Below, one piece after another: positions 9,169 to 19,566 of a DNA stretch of 64,000 nucleotides. The notes beneath the pieces are model-generated. The model saw nothing but the letters and a program-made list of their open reading frames with translations. It was not told the DNA's origin and did not search any database. Numbering within the stretch: the stretch's first letter is position 1; the number at the start of each line of letters is the position of its first letter. Source of the stretch: Pseudomonadota bacterium (lineage in GTDB: Bacteria > Myxococcota > JACRCW01 > JAFGSX01); NCBI GenBank assembly GCA_043821645.1, contig JBDRCO010000094.1:1-64000 (forward strand), written 5' to 3'. Position numbers and translations under genes: made by a program.

Positions 9169-9927
9169 TCACAGCACCCGCAACGGTCCCTCGGGCTGGC
9201 GGTCGAAGAACTGCCGCACCATGGGGTCGGGCGAGCTCAGGATCTGCTCGCGAGGACCAAAGGCCTGCAAGCGCCCCTGGTACAGTAAACCCACGTCATC
9301 GGCGATGGCGGCGCAGCTGTGGACGTCGTGGGTGATGACCAGGAATGTGGTGTGCAGGCGCGCCGCGATGTCCAGGATGAGTGCGTCGATGGCCGACGAG
9401 GTCACCGGATCCAGGCCCGAGGTCGGTTCGTCGAACAGCACGATCTCGGGGTCCAGGGCCAGGGCCCTCGCCAGACCCACGCGCTTGCGCTGTCCACCCG
9501 ACAGCTGATCCGGAGTGCGCCCAGCCATCTCGGCGTCAAGCCCCACCGCGGCCAGCTTGTCGAGGGCGCGCTGGCGCCGCTCGCTGGCTGGCAGACGGGC
9601 GTGATGCCGCAGCGGGAAGGCCACGTTGTCGAGCACGCTCATCGAGTTGAACAGCGCGCCCTCCTGGAAAAGCATGCCAAAGCGCGTGCGCACCTCGAGC
9701 AGCGCGCGATGGCTGAGCTGCGTGATGTCGGTGTCGCCGACCAGGATGCGCCCCGCGTCTGGCCAGGTCAGGCCCACCAGCAGGCGCAACACGGTGCTCT
9801 TGCCCGCGCCCGAAGGTCCGACCAGCACCGTGGTGCGACCGCGTGCAACCTCCAGGCTGACGTCGTCGAGCACGCTGCGCGTCCCATAACGCTTGGTCAC
9901 GTGTTCAAAGGTGATGAGCGCACTCAT
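9169..9927 (-). CDS. mlaF: MlaF-type ABC transporter ATPase
   Basis: ATG 9927; GPSGAGKS, FQEGALF, LSGGQ, FDEPTSGLDP, ITHD. Confidence 0.9.
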   Translation of the reverse strand: MSALITFEHVTKRYGTRSVLDDVSLEVARGRTTVLVGPSGAGKSTVLRLLVGLTWPDAGRILVGDTDITQLSHRALLEVRTRFGMLFQEGALFNSMSVLDNVAFPLRHHARLPASERRQRALDKLAAVGLDAEMAGRTPDQLSGGQRKRVGLARALALDPEIVLFDEPTSGLDPVTSSAIDALILDIAARLHTTFLVITHDVHSCAAIADDVGLLYQGRLQAFGPREQILSSPDPMVRQFFDRQPEGPLRVL

Positions 9928-10751
9928 CCCTGGCCTCCGAACAGCACCTGCGACAGCAGCAGGTTGACCAGGCTGCCCGCAATCATGGCCTTGACCACCG
10001 CCAGGTTGGCGGCTGTTCCCACGCCCGCGGGTCCCCCCGCTGCGCGCAGACCCTCGCGGGCGGTGACCAGCGCGATCACGCCGCCGAACACGAGGCCCTT
10101 GATCAGCATGGCGACGAGGTCGAAGGGCGACAGAGGGGTGAAGGTCCGCTCGAGGTAGGAGCCCGGGTCCACACCGAGCTGCACCACCGCGGTCAGGTAT
10201 GCACCTGCCAGCCCGGCCACGGTGCCCACGATCATCAGCGGCGGCGTCACCAGCAGCGCGGCCAGAAATCGCGGGACCACCAGGTATGCGATGGGATCCA
10301 CGGCCATGACGTCGAGGGCATCGATCTGGTCCGTGGTCTTCATGGTCGCCAGCTCGGCTGCGATGGCACTGCCAGCGCGAGCGCCCACGGTCCCCGCCGC
10401 CATCACCGGAAACACCTCGCGGATGCCACCCAGACCCACGAACATGCCGAGCAGCTCCGGGGCTCCCAGTTGTTGCAGCGAGGACTGGCCCTGCAGTGCC
10501 AGCATGGCGCCGGCAAAAGCCGTGACCACCGACACCAGCAGCACCGAGCGCGCTCCGATGGCATAGGCGTAGGGCACGATCTGACCCGGGTAGCGAGGCC
10601 AGGCCGCGGCTCGCAACACCTTCAGGGCAAAACGGGTGCTGCGTGCCATCTCGACCACCCAGGTAACCGGAGCGAAGGTCGAGGCCTGCGCTCCCGTCGA
10701 CAGCGGACGGCTCGACGCATCGCCGGACAGCGCTGCCAGCTCGCGGCTCAT
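9924..10751 (-). CDS. mlaE: MlaE family ABC permease
   Basis: ATG 10751; 'REVFPV..A..GARAGSAIAAELATMK..DQIDAL.VMAVDP..YLVVPR'. Confidence 0.9.
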   Translation of the reverse strand: MSRELAALSGDASSRPLSTGAQASTFAPVTWVVEMARSTRFALKVLRAAAWPRYPGQIVPYAYAIGARSVLLVSVVTAFAGAMLALQGQSSLQQLGAPELLGMFVGLGGIREVFPVMAAGTVGARAGSAIAAELATMKTTDQIDALDVMAVDPIAYLVVPRFLAALLVTPPLMIVGTVAGLAGAYLTAVVQLGVDPGSYLERTFTPLSPFDLVAMLIKGLVFGGVIALVTAREGLRAAGGPAGVGTAANLAVVKAMIAGSLVNLLLSQVLFGGQG

Positions 10752-11536
10752 GACGCGATCCCCGCGTACAGCGCCGAGTTGAGCACGTAGTTGGCAAGGG
10801 GCAACAGCACGATGGACTGCACCACTGCGCGGTTGGCAGCCTCTCCCACCCCGGCGGCACTGCGTTGGGCGAAGAAACCCTGGTAACAGCTCACCGCGGC
10901 GATGAGCAAACCGTACACCGCAGCCTTGAGCTCGCCACCCCACAGGTCGGTGAAGGTCAGCCAGCGCAGCGCGTTCTCGACGAAGGCTGCACCGGCCATG
11001 CCCCGGGCGAACACCGCCACCGCGTACGCCGCGCCCACTCCCGCCAGCACCGCGAGCAGGTTGAGCAGCGGCGTGACGACGAGACCAGCCACCAGCCGCG
11101 GCGCCACCAGGGCGCGGATGGGATCCACGGCCATCACCTCGTGCGCATCGATCTCGCTGTTGACGCGCATGGCGCCCAGCTCGGCTGCGATGGCTCCCCC
11201 CGCCTGCATGGCCACCATGAGCGCGGCCAGGCCAGGACCCACCTCGCGCGCCATGGCCATGGCAACCATGGGTCCCAGCAGGCGATCCACGCCGAACAGT
11301 TGCACGATGATGTGGCCCTCGAGCGCGATGACCGCACCCATGGGGGCCACCACCAGCACCACCGGTACCACGCAGCGCAGACCGAGCTGCGCGATGAGCT
11401 CGACGGTGGGGCGCAGGGGCACCCCGCTGCGCAGGATGTTGCCCAGGGTACGGGCCAGGAACAGCACGGTGGCGCCCAGATCGGCAACAGCGGCCAGGGC
11501 CGGGTGCCCGAGGGCTCTGAGGGTGCTGGCCTGCAC
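10748..11536 (-). CDS. mlaE: MlaE family ABC permease (second paralogue)
   Basis: GTG 11536; 'REVGP...AIAAELGAMRVNSEIDA..VMAVDP...LVAPR'. Confidence 0.88.
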   Translation of the reverse strand: MQASTLRALGHPALAAVADLGATVLFLARTLGNILRSGVPLRPTVELIAQLGLRCVVPVVLVVAPMGAVIALEGHIIVQLFGVDRLLGPMVAMAMAREVGPGLAALMVAMQAGGAIAAELGAMRVNSEIDAHEVMAVDPIRALVAPRLVAGLVVTPLLNLLAVLAGVGAAYAVAVFARGMAGAAFVENALRWLTFTDLWGGELKAAVYGLLIAAVSCYQGFFAQRSAAGVGEAANRAVVQSIVLLPLANYVLNSALYAGIAS

Positions 11537-11543
11537 GGGCGAC

Positions 11544-12134
11544 TCAGTCCTCGGGGTAGTGCTTGGCCAAGCACTCCTCGCAGAGCGCGTGGGAGAAGGC
11601 CGCGTCGGAGTGTTCCTGGATGTACTCCTCGAGCCTGTGCCAGGTCTGGCCGTCGTCGCGGATGCGCTTGCAGTGCATGCAGATGGGGAGCAAGCCTTGC
11701 AGGCGGGTGACGTGGGCCAGGGCGTCCTGCAGCTCGCGCACGCGATCGGCCAGCTCCAGCTTGAGGCGCATGATGCGCACTCCGGTCTGCAGGCGCGCCT
11801 TGAGTTCCAGATCGTTGAAGGGCTTGACCATGTAGTCATCGGCGCCCGCATCCAGACCGGCCACCACGTCGTCGAGGTGCTCCCGCGCCGTGAGCAGGAT
11901 GGTGAACACGTAGTCGGCGCCCTGGCGCTGGCGAATGCGCTGGCACAGCTCTGGACCGCTGATACCCGGCATCATCCAGTCGAGGATGGCAAGGCGCGGC
12001 GGCTCCTTGTCTTGCAGGGCGAGCCAGGCCTCCTCGCCATCAGACACGCAGACGGTGGTGTAGCCCCAGCGTCGCAACAGCACCTCGAGCATGCGGCGGG
12101 CCACCCGATCGTCATCGGCAACCAGTACCTTCAC
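11544..12134 (-). CDS. Response regulator: receiver + coiled coil + Cys-rich C-terminal module
   Basis: GTG 12134 with GAGG RBS; 'VLVADDD','ILDWMMPG','GADDYMVKPF'; 'LLPICMHCKRIRDD..W...SHALCEEC'. Confidence 0.88.
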   Translation of the reverse strand: MKVLVADDDRVARRMLEVLLRRWGYTTVCVSDGEEAWLALQDKEPPRLAILDWMMPGISGPELCQRIRQRQGADYVFTILLTAREHLDDVVAGLDAGADDYMVKPFNDLELKARLQTGVRIMRLKLELADRVRELQDALAHVTRLQGLLPICMHCKRIRDDGQTWHRLEEYIQEHSDAAFSHALCEECLAKHYPED

Positions 12135-12177
12135 GGCCGACCTCGAGCTCGTCCGCGCGCCGGTGACGCGCTCGTGG

Positions 12178-12657
12178 TCACGGCTGCAGCTCGACGTTGA
12201 GGATGATGTCGATGTCCTTGAGCAGGTCGTCGATGGGGACCACCGGATTCCGGGCATAGCGCCCGACCACGTCGACGATGCTCTCGCCACTCACGTCGAG
12301 GACATTGGGCTCGGGATTGTCGGTCGTCTCCTCGAGTCCGTTCTGATCCAGGAACGCGTAGACGTACAGGCGCTCCGACGACCCGGTCACGAACTCGTAG
12401 TCGTAATCCTTGGGGGCCAGGTTATCGATGACCGTGCTGTACTTGGCACTTGCCCAGGTCGCGGGCCAGCCATCGCTAGCCAGCTGCTCTGCGCCGTAGG
12501 CCCCGACGAAGATGCGCTTGGCAGTCTGCGGCTTGAGCAGGATATCCGGCGACAGCTCGACGGTTCCGGACAGTCCCGGTGTGCCGTCGGGGGTACAGGC
12601 TGCCAACCAGCACGCGCAACATGCCAGGATCACCACAGGTCTCATCTTGATCTTCAT
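12178..12657 (-). CDS. Lipoprotein, unknown function
   Basis: Lipobox 'WLAAC'; start overlaps upstream stop. Confidence 0.7.
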   Translation of the reverse strand: MKIKMRPVVILACCACWLAACTPDGTPGLSGTVELSPDILLKPQTAKRIFVGAYGAEQLASDGWPATWASAKYSTVIDNLAPKDYDYEFVTGSSERLYVYAFLDQNGLEETTDNPEPNVLDVSGESIVDVVGRYARNPVVPIDDLLKDIDIILNVELQP

Positions 12658-13208
12658 GTCGTCTTCTCCTTGGGCTTTTTTGGAGCCCGGGTCCTGGGGG
12701 CCCGGCGACGCGAGGTCGGGGCTCTCGGCCCGGGCTGTGGTGCGGCGGTCGAATCGCTCGCAGATGGGCGCTCGACCTCGCCGAACTCGATGCGCGGCTG
12801 GGCACCGTTCTCCTGCGGGATGAATCGCACCTGGGTCTTGAACTCCAGGGTCATGCCGGCGAGCGCGCGTTGCAGGACACCACTGACGTCGACATCACCG
12901 AGAAAGGACCGTACCTCGCGCGCCAGGGTTTGCGTCAGCTCGCGCTTGCTGCGTTCGGCCTGACTGACCAGGAAGGTCACCACCTCCTTGGGCAGTTTGA
13001 GATCCGTGAGGGCGCTGCGCACCCCTTCCTCGGTCATGAACAGCGCACCCAGCCCCGTGACAAGGCCCCGCTTGACCACGTCAGGGACAAAGGCCTCGAA
13101 GCGACGCCAGGTCCCGGAGGCAGGATCGTCCGGGGCCGCGCGAAGCCCATCGTCCTCGTCATCGTCGTCGAGCAGCGGGTCGTACAGGGGGCGTGGCGGG
13201 TCGCTCAT
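12654..13208 (-). CDS. Conserved myxobacterial hypothetical protein (phasin-like helical segment)
   Basis: 'GLGALFMTEEGVR..L.DLKLPKE' motif; overlaps neighbours by 4 nt. Confidence 0.7.
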   Translation of the reverse strand: MSDPPRPLYDPLLDDDDEDDGLRAAPDDPASGTWRRFEAFVPDVVKRGLVTGLGALFMTEEGVRSALTDLKLPKEVVTFLVSQAERSKRELTQTLAREVRSFLGDVDVSGVLQRALAGMTLEFKTQVRFIPQENGAQPRIEFGEVERPSASDSTAAPQPGPRAPTSRRRAPRTRAPKKPKEKTT

Positions 13209-13675
13209 GGGTATCCGATCTGCAGCGTCACCGAGGGGCGGTTGCTGGCGTGCTGGGATGCGTCCTCGATCTCGACGCCCACCTTGAAGGTGGCTCCGGA
13301 CTGGGGCCGGGTCGCAGGGTCGAGAGACATCTCGACCTCCAGGTTGAACAGGAGCCGACCCTGGACGGCGTCCTGCGGGAGGCTGGACGCGAGCAGGAGT
13401 TCATCCAGAGGTACGGGAGCCTCTCCGGTATCCCGGTCGTTGACAAAGGGTCGCAATACACCGGCAGCCAGATCGCCCTCGCTGTCCTCGAGATCCACCG
13501 AGAACAGTAGCACCATGGCGTTTCGCTGCGCCTGCCCGTCGTAGCTCAGGTTTGTCAGAAATGGCGCCTGCGGGTCGCGTGCCGGCCCACAGGACAGCAA
13601 CAGGGCCAGTGCCAGCATGGCGGCTGCCGCAACTCTACCCGGTCGCGCTGCGGGTCGGTGTCTGCGGTCCCTCAT
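13205..13675 (-). CDS. Lipoprotein, unknown function
   Basis: ATG 13675; lipobox 'LLLSC'. Confidence 0.65.
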   Translation of the reverse strand: MRDRRHRPAARPGRVAAAAMLALALLLSCGPARDPQAPFLTNLSYDGQAQRNAMVLLFSVDLEDSEGDLAAGVLRPFVNDRDTGEAPVPLDELLLASSLPQDAVQGRLLFNLEVEMSLDPATRPQSGATFKVGVEIEDASQHASNRPSVTLQIGYP

Positions 13676-13726
13676 GTCCCAGAGCATTCCACAGCCCTGT
13701 CCCGGCGTCGAGGCTGGCCCCGGCGA

Positions 13727-14416
13727 TCAGGTGGGTGCGGGCAGAGTGGTCCCGTCCAGGACCTGGCGGTACAGACGCTCGCTGTCGACCCGGCGATAGC
13801 GCTCGGCGCGCAGTCGGGCCAGCGAGAGCTTGCGGGTCAGCGCGGACTGCTCTTCGACGGCACCCCTTCGCAGCCGCTTGCACTCCGCCAGGATGAGACG
13901 CCGCACCTCGTCGAGGTGAAAGATCGTGCTCCGGGTCAGCACCTCGACCCCCCGGAACTGCAGTACACGCGCGTCGAAGAGCGTGCCCTTGTCGACCCCG
14001 GCCAGCTTGCGCCGCTCGAAGAATGCCTGCTTGCGCCCGCTGAACAGGTCCCGGGCGATGATGTGATCATCCTTGCTCTTGACGAACTCGAGGAGTGTCC
14101 GACGGGTGAGCCGGAAGCCCTCGTAGACCTCAACATCTTCGGCGTCGATCTGGCCGCGCTGCTCGGAAAGGAAAAGTTCGAGAGGCGTGCGGTGGCGAGA
14201 GGGGACTGTGCGTTCGAGCACGTACCACTCGGTGAAACCCTCGAGGCGTGCGTCGAAGCTCGGCTCGTCCTCGCGCACCGGGCCACTCTCCGCAAAGTAC
14301 TCTTCTCGTGCGAGCTGGATCTCTGACTCGAAGGATCCCTCGGAGGCGAAGGTGATCAGGCGCTCGAGGTAGGGGTGGTAGCCACCGTTTGCTGTCATGT
14401 GCGGCTCGTCGTGCAC
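13727..14416 (-). CDS. Conserved hypothetical protein
   Basis: Typical codon usage; 'AREEYF...G...EDEPSF..R...F.EWYVLER'; start may be ATG 14398. Confidence 0.7.
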   Translation of the reverse strand: MHDEPHMTANGGYHPYLERLITFASEGSFESEIQLAREEYFAESGPVREDEPSFDARLEGFTEWYVLERTVPSRHRTPLELFLSEQRGQIDAEDVEVYEGFRLTRRTLLEFVKSKDDHIIARDLFSGRKQAFFERRKLAGVDKGTLFDARVLQFRGVEVLTRSTIFHLDEVRRLILAECKRLRRGAVEEQSALTRKLSLARLRAERYRRVDSERLYRQVLDGTTLPAPT

Positions 14417-14488
14417 CGTGGTCCAGTCCTGCCGGGGCGGCGTGCAGGGGCCGCGGCCGGGAGCAAGGGCAGATCCCCTGCCGGCTCC

Positions 14489-14887
14489 TCAGTAGCCCGA
14501 CAGCTTGGTTTCGAGCGAGAACGTGTATCTATGGAAGCGATCTTTTCCCGAGCCAAACATGGTCCCGGTGAACGGGTACTCGAGCTTGCTGCGGTAGCTG
14601 ATCTTGAACACGACCTTGTTGGTCGTGGCGACGGAGACCACCAGATCCTGCGCCGATAGATCGATTCCCAGCTCGCCGAGTGCCTTGCTCTTGATGGCCG
14701 TCAGGCACTCCTCGGTCCGCCCCTGGCCACAGTCTCGGGCATTGGAACGGAGGATTCCCTTGAGCGCGGTGTTGCTCCAGTAGCTGCCCACGTAGGGCCA
14801 TCCGAAGTAATAGCCCGCGGCCAGGCCCACCAGGATCAGTGCCGTCACCCACCACGCTCGCGATACGTGTCTGCGCTCATTCGTCAT
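14489..14887 (-). CDS. Small single-TM protein, DUF4845/pilin-like
   Basis: ATG 14887 with GGAGG RBS; N-terminal hydrophobic helix; directly downstream of lepB. Confidence 0.55.
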   Translation of the reverse strand: MTNERRHVSRAWWVTALILVGLAAGYYFGWPYVGSYWSNTALKGILRSNARDCGQGRTEECLTAIKSKALGELGIDLSAQDLVVSVATTNKVVFKISYRSKLEYPFTGTMFGSGKDRFHRYTFSLETKLSGY

Positions 14888-14989
14888 CTGTGCTTTCCTC
14901 CGGTGCCGACGACCATCACCAAAGAGGCCCGACCATAACATGAACGGGCCCCCGCACAACGTCGCCGTCAGCGACACACACTGGCGGAC

Positions 14990-16162
14990 TCAGCGGATCC
15001 AGGTACCAATGCGACCCCAGCGGATCCCCAGTGGCCCTCCCTGCGCAGACGTGTTGGCAAAGCTGAGCCACACGAACATGGCACGGCCCTTGACGTCATG
15101 GATAGGCACCGCACCCCAGCGACGGCTGTCCGAGGAATTGTCGCGATTGTCGCCCATGCAGAACACGAAGCCGGGCAGCACCCGGCACTCCTGATCGGTG
15201 CAGCTCAGGCCCTTGGATTGCTTGCCCCGAGGTGGCCAGGAATTGCCATCGAGGTAGGTCAACAGGACGTCGTGATCCACGCCTCCCGTGGTCTCGATGT
15301 AGCGGGTGGCATGAAAGCGCTGCACCACCCCGAGTTCCTCGACGAATTCCTCGTAGCTGATGGGCTTGCCCTCGCGCCTCGGCTGCTTTTTGTCGTCGAT
15401 GAACAGCGTGCCATCGACCAGGCGTATGGTCTGACCGGGCCCGGCCACCACACGCTTGATGAAGTCCTCACCTGCGTTCTCGGCCGGCTCTGGAGCGATG
15501 AACACGATCACGTCGCCGGGCTTGGGCGCGCCGAAATCCAGCAGCCGGATCTGACCTCGCAGCGCCGGGATGGCGAGGCCGTAGCTGAACTTGTTGACGA
15601 AGATGTGGTCGCCGATCTCCAGGGTCGGGATCATCGAGCCCGACGGGATCTTGAAGGCCTCCACCACGAACACGCGCAGCAGCAAGGCCACCAGCAAGGC
15701 ACCACCGATGGACTCGAAGAAGTCGCGCAGCACCCCCTTGCGCCCCGTGCCCAGGTGCGCCTCGGCACTGCGCTCGGCTGCCGCGAGGCTCTGGTGCAAG
15801 GTCTCGACCTGGCGGTTGGCAATCGCTTTATCCAGGGTGTCAGCGGCGGCTTCGAGGGCCCCCTTGGCCTCGGGCGAAAGCTTCTTGCCCCGCTTGTGCA
15901 GGACACGCCGAAGGTCGTCCGAGAAGGCGGTGGCCTCCCGGAGACCCCGCAATAACACCCGCCGCGACGGGAACAGCAGGTATTCGTCGACGAGCGGTCC
16001 CAGCCAGGCCCAGGCAAAGTACAGGGCGGTGATGGTGACAAAGAATGCGGCCACGGGTCCGGTAGGCGCCTGGCCCAGGAAGCCGAAGAGATAGAGCCCC
16101 AGGGCAACCGCGATGGCGGTGACGGCGAGTCGACCAGGACTGTAGCGCTCGAACACCTGCAT
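14990..16162 (-). CDS. lepB: Signal peptidase I
   Basis: 'IPSGSMIPTL..GD','FIKRVV','MGDNRDNSSDSRRWG'; N-terminal TM/helical extension. Confidence 0.95.
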   Translation of the reverse strand: MQVFERYSPGRLAVTAIAVALGLYLFGFLGQAPTGPVAAFFVTITALYFAWAWLGPLVDEYLLFPSRRVLLRGLREATAFSDDLRRVLHKRGKKLSPEAKGALEAAADTLDKAIANRQVETLHQSLAAAERSAEAHLGTGRKGVLRDFFESIGGALLVALLLRVFVVEAFKIPSGSMIPTLEIGDHIFVNKFSYGLAIPALRGQIRLLDFGAPKPGDVIVFIAPEPAENAGEDFIKRVVAGPGQTIRLVDGTLFIDDKKQPRREGKPISYEEFVEELGVVQRFHATRYIETTGGVDHDVLLTYLDGNSWPPRGKQSKGLSCTDQECRVLPGFVFCMGDNRDNSSDSRRWGAVPIHDVKGRAMFVWLSFANTSAQGGPLGIRWGRIGTWIR

Positions 16163-16252
16163 GAATCCCCTTTGCCAGATCCTTCCTGTCCGGGAGAGCC
16201 CGCAGTGGTCCTGGGCCCGGACGCCGAAGCAGGAGAATCCGGGCCGGCCTCC

Positions 16253-18058
16253 TCAGCTCCGGTCGTCTACCTTGAGCACCGCCATGAAGGCTTCCTGCGG
16301 GATCTCGATCTTGCCGACCTGCTTCATGCGCTTCTTGCCCTCCTTCTGCTTCTCGAGCAACTTGCGCTTGCGGGTGATGTCACCACCGTAGCATTTGGCG
16401 GTCACGTCCTTGCGCAACGCGGGTTTCGTCTCGCGTGCGATGATGCGGCTGCCGATGGCAGCCTGGATGGCCACAGCGTACTGCTGACGAGGGATCAGAC
16501 CCATCATCTTCTGACACAGGGCACGGCCCCGGTTGTAGGCGCGCTCCGTGTGCACGATGCTGGTCAGGGCATCGACCAGCTCGCCGCCGACCAGCAGATC
16601 CAGGCGCACCAGGTCGCCGGCGCGGTAGCCGGTGAGTTCGTAGTCCAGGCTGGCATAGCCCCGCGACACGGACTTGAGCTTGTCGTAGAAGTCGAACACC
16701 ACCTCGGCAAAAGGCAGCTCGTAGGTGATCACCACGCGGTTCTGCGCCGCGTAGTGCAGGTTCTTTTGTATTCCGCGGCGCTCCTCGCATAGCTTGAGCA
16801 CCGCGCCAACGTGTTCGCTCGGAACGTGGATGGTGGCTGTGATGAAAGGCTCGCGCACCTCGTCGAAGTTGGCCGCGTCGGGCAGCTTGGAGGGATTGTC
16901 GAGTCGCAGCATCTCTCCGTTCTTCAGCTTGACCTCGTACACGACGGTGGGCGCTGTGGTCACGATCTCCAGGTTGAACTCGCGCTCCAGCCGCTCCTGG
17001 ACGATTTCCATGTGCAGCAAGCCGAGGTAGCCGCAGCGAAAGCCAAAGCCCAGGGCCTGGCTGGACTCGGGCTCGAACACAAAGGCCGAGTCGTTGAGGC
17101 GCAGCTTCTCGAGGCCATCACGCACGTCGTCGTAGTCGGCACTGCGCACTGGAAAGATGCCCGCGAACACCATGGGTTTGGAGTCGCGGAATCCCGGCAA
17201 GGGTGATGTGGCAGGACGCTCGTCGTCGGTCAGGGTATCGCCGACCCGGGCATCCCGGACCTCCTTGATGTTGGCGATCACGTAGCCCACCTCGCCGGCC
17301 GTGAGTTCGGGCAGAGGCCTGGCGTCGGGCATGAACGCGCCCACCTCCTGCACCTCGTACACCTTGCCGCTCGACATCAGGCGCAGCTTCTGGCCCTTGC
17401 GGGTGGTGCCCTGGAACACGCGGACCAGCGTGATCACGCCACGGTAAGCGTCGAACCAGGAGTCGAAGACCAGGGCTTGCAGCACCGCGTCGGGATCTCC
17501 AGAGGGCGGTGGGATGCGGCGAACCAACTCCTCCAGCAACGCCGGCACGCCGGTGCCGTCCTTGGCGCTGACCGAGATCGCCTGGCTGGCGTCGAGCCCG
17601 ATGATGTCCTCGATCTGCTGGCGCGTGCTCTCGACCTCGGCACTGGGCAAATCGATCTTGTTCAACACCGGCAAGATCTCGAGGTTGGCGTCCAGGGCCA
17701 GGTACACGTTGGCCAGGGTCTGGGCCTCGACACCCTGGGTGGCGTCGACCACCAGCAGCGCGCCCTCGCAGGCGGACAGCGAGCGCGAGACCTCGTAGTT
17801 GAAGTCCACATGTCCCGGTGTGTCGATGAGGTTGAGGACATAGTCCTTGCCATCGCTGGCCCGGTACTTGAGCCTGGCAGTCTGCGACTTGATGGTGATG
17901 CCACGTTCGCGCTCGAGGTCCATGCTGTCGAGGAACTGCGCGACCATCTCGCGCTTCTCGAGGGCACCACATTGTTCGAGCAGTCGGTCCGCCAGGGTCG
18001 ACTTGCCATGGTCGATGTGCGCGATGATCGAGAAGTTCCTCAGCCGCGTGCGGTCCAT
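16253..18058 (-). CDS. lepA: Translation elongation factor 4
   Basis: '[19 protein letters not shown]','[14 protein letters not shown]','[25 protein letters not shown]'. Confidence 0.98.
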   Translation of the reverse strand: MDRTRLRNFSIIAHIDHGKSTLADRLLEQCGALEKREMVAQFLDSMDLERERGITIKSQTARLKYRASDGKDYVLNLIDTPGHVDFNYEVSRSLSACEGALLVVDATQGVEAQTLANVYLALDANLEILPVLNKIDLPSAEVESTRQQIEDIIGLDASQAISVSAKDGTGVPALLEELVRRIPPPSGDPDAVLQALVFDSWFDAYRGVITLVRVFQGTTRKGQKLRLMSSGKVYEVQEVGAFMPDARPLPELTAGEVGYVIANIKEVRDARVGDTLTDDERPATSPLPGFRDSKPMVFAGIFPVRSADYDDVRDGLEKLRLNDSAFVFEPESSQALGFGFRCGYLGLLHMEIVQERLEREFNLEIVTTAPTVVYEVKLKNGEMLRLDNPSKLPDAANFDEVREPFITATIHVPSEHVGAVLKLCEERRGIQKNLHYAAQNRVVITYELPFAEVVFDFYDKLKSVSRGYASLDYELTGYRAGDLVRLDLLVGGELVDALTSIVHTERAYNRGRALCQKMMGLIPRQQYAVAIQAAIGSRIIARETKPALRKDVTAKCYGGDITRKRKLLEKQKEGKKRMKQVGKIEIPQEAFMAVLKVDDRS

Positions 18059-18061
18059 GAA

Positions 18062-18994
18062 TCACCCGGCTCGGGCCGCGGCCCGGAAGTGCTCGAGGGT
18101 CGCAGCCAGCCCCTGCTCCAGCGGCGTCGACGGCACGAAGCCCAGCATCGCACGGCAACGCGCCGGGGAGATGACGCTGCGACGCTGCTCCCCGGGCCGA
18201 GCCGTGTCGTGCTGCGCGCGGCCCTCGACGCCGGCCAACCGTGCCATGTGATGGTAGAGCTCATTCACCGAGGTCTCGACCCCGGTACCCACGTTGATGG
18301 CTCCTCGCACGCCTCTTTGCAGCGCCTGCATGTTGGCCTCGGCCACGTCACCCACGAACACGAAGTCGCGAGTCTGACCTCCGTCGCCATAGATCGTGCA
18401 GGGCGCGCCCGCCAGCAGACGCGCGGCAAAGATGGCCACCACCCCGGCCTCGCCCATGGGGTCCTGGCGTGGGCCGTACACGTTGGCATAGCGCAGCATG
18501 GCCACCGGGATCCCGCAACAGCGCTGGAACCACTCGAGATACAGCTCGCCACAGCGCTTGGCCACGCCGTAGGGGGACTCCGGGCGAATGGCGTGGTCCT
18601 CGGATGCCGGGAACACATCCTGCTCGCCGTAGATCGCCCCACCCGACGAGGCAAACAGGATCTGCTGCAGCTGCCCGCCCCGCCGCGCGGCCTCGACCAC
18701 CTGCACCAGTCCGCGCACGTTGACGTCGGCGTCGAAGGCGGGATCGGCCACCGAGCGGCGGACATCGACCTGCGCGGCCTCGTGCACCAGCGCCTGGTAG
18801 CCCTCACCAAGCACGTGCTGCACAGCCTCGTCGCTGCGCAGATCCATCTCGACCAGGCGTGCACCGGCCGGTACGTTCTCGCGGTGGCCCGTGCTCAGGT
18901 TGTCGAGCACGGTCACCTCGTGCCCGGCTGCCAGCAGGCGGTCCGCGATGTGCGAGCCGATGAAGCCAGCACCGCCTGTCACCAGGATCTTCAT
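18062..18994 (-). CDS. NAD-dependent epimerase/dehydratase (UDP-glucose 4-epimerase-like)
   Basis: ATG 18994; '[11 protein letters not shown]','SPYGVAK','NVYGPRQ'. Confidence 0.92.
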   Translation of the reverse strand: MKILVTGGAGFIGSHIADRLLAAGHEVTVLDNLSTGHRENVPAGARLVEMDLRSDEAVQHVLGEGYQALVHEAAQVDVRRSVADPAFDADVNVRGLVQVVEAARRGGQLQQILFASSGGAIYGEQDVFPASEDHAIRPESPYGVAKRCGELYLEWFQRCCGIPVAMLRYANVYGPRQDPMGEAGVVAIFAARLLAGAPCTIYGDGGQTRDFVFVGDVAEANMQALQRGVRGAINVGTGVETSVNELYHHMARLAGVEGRAQHDTARPGEQRRSVISPARCRAMLGFVPSTPLEQGLAATLEHFRAAARAG

Positions 18995-19075
18995 CCCGAA
19001 CTCTCCTTGGTCAGGACAGGGAGAAGCCTCCACGGAGGCTCCTCCGGTTGCTGCTCACTGCCAGACCGCGCGGCC

Positions 19076-19261
19076 TCAGTGGTCGTGGTCGTCGAAGGTG
19101 AGCTGGCCCGGTAGCATGTGCTTGTACTTGCCCAGCACCAGGTCGATCCCCTGCCGGATGTACTCGGCGACCGGAACCTTGGTCTTGGTATTGAGCAGCT
19201 TGAGCATGTCGTTCTGCTCTGGGGTGATGTAGATGGTGGTCGATATCTTCTTGCGCGGCAT
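19076..19261 (-). CDS. cdbA: Ribbon-helix-helix protein, orthologue of Myxococcus c-di-GMP-binding nucleoid protein CdbA
   Basis: '[39 protein letters not shown]...LPGQ' matches CdbA as I recall it. Confidence 0.85.
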   Translation of the reverse strand: MPRKKISTTIYITPEQNDMLKLLNTKTKVPVAEYIRQGIDLVLGKYKHMLPGQLTFDDHDH

Positions 19262-19308
19262 GAGCTTGATTCCCGACGGTGATCCGTGTGTTCGTACAGC
19301 CGGCGCGC

Positions 19309-19337
19309 ACGCTATATGGCCACCTATATATGGTCAA
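19309..19337 (-). promoter_or_regulatory. Sigma-70-like promoter of cdbA (TTGACC-N17-TAGCGT) overlapping a TATATGG direct repeat
   Basis: -35 at 19332-19337, -10 at 19309-19314; TATATGG at 19313 and 19327 (+ strand). Confidence 0.6.
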
Positions 19338-19566
19338 GAATGACCACACATTAACTGTCACGTCACCCGCTGCTCGTCCGGAACATGCAATCGAACCCTG
19401 GTCTTAGCGCGATCGGCTGGCACCAGGGTCCGCAGGACGACCTGTACTTTTAGCTGGGGCTGAGAGATATTCGGGCGCGCAGCTCCTGCACAGCACACGC
19501 AGCCCCCCGGGTCGGGCGAGGTGGGCGGGAACTGCCGGACCCCAGGCGGGGCGCGGAGGGATTGTC

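Noticed and set aside
9169-11851. Apparent fused or extended ORFs (563-aa ABC, 367-aa MlaE; also 20227-21684, 44905-46935, 47198-48115)
   Set aside because: ORF-caller upstream extensions overlapping neighbouring genes; downstream starts fit better
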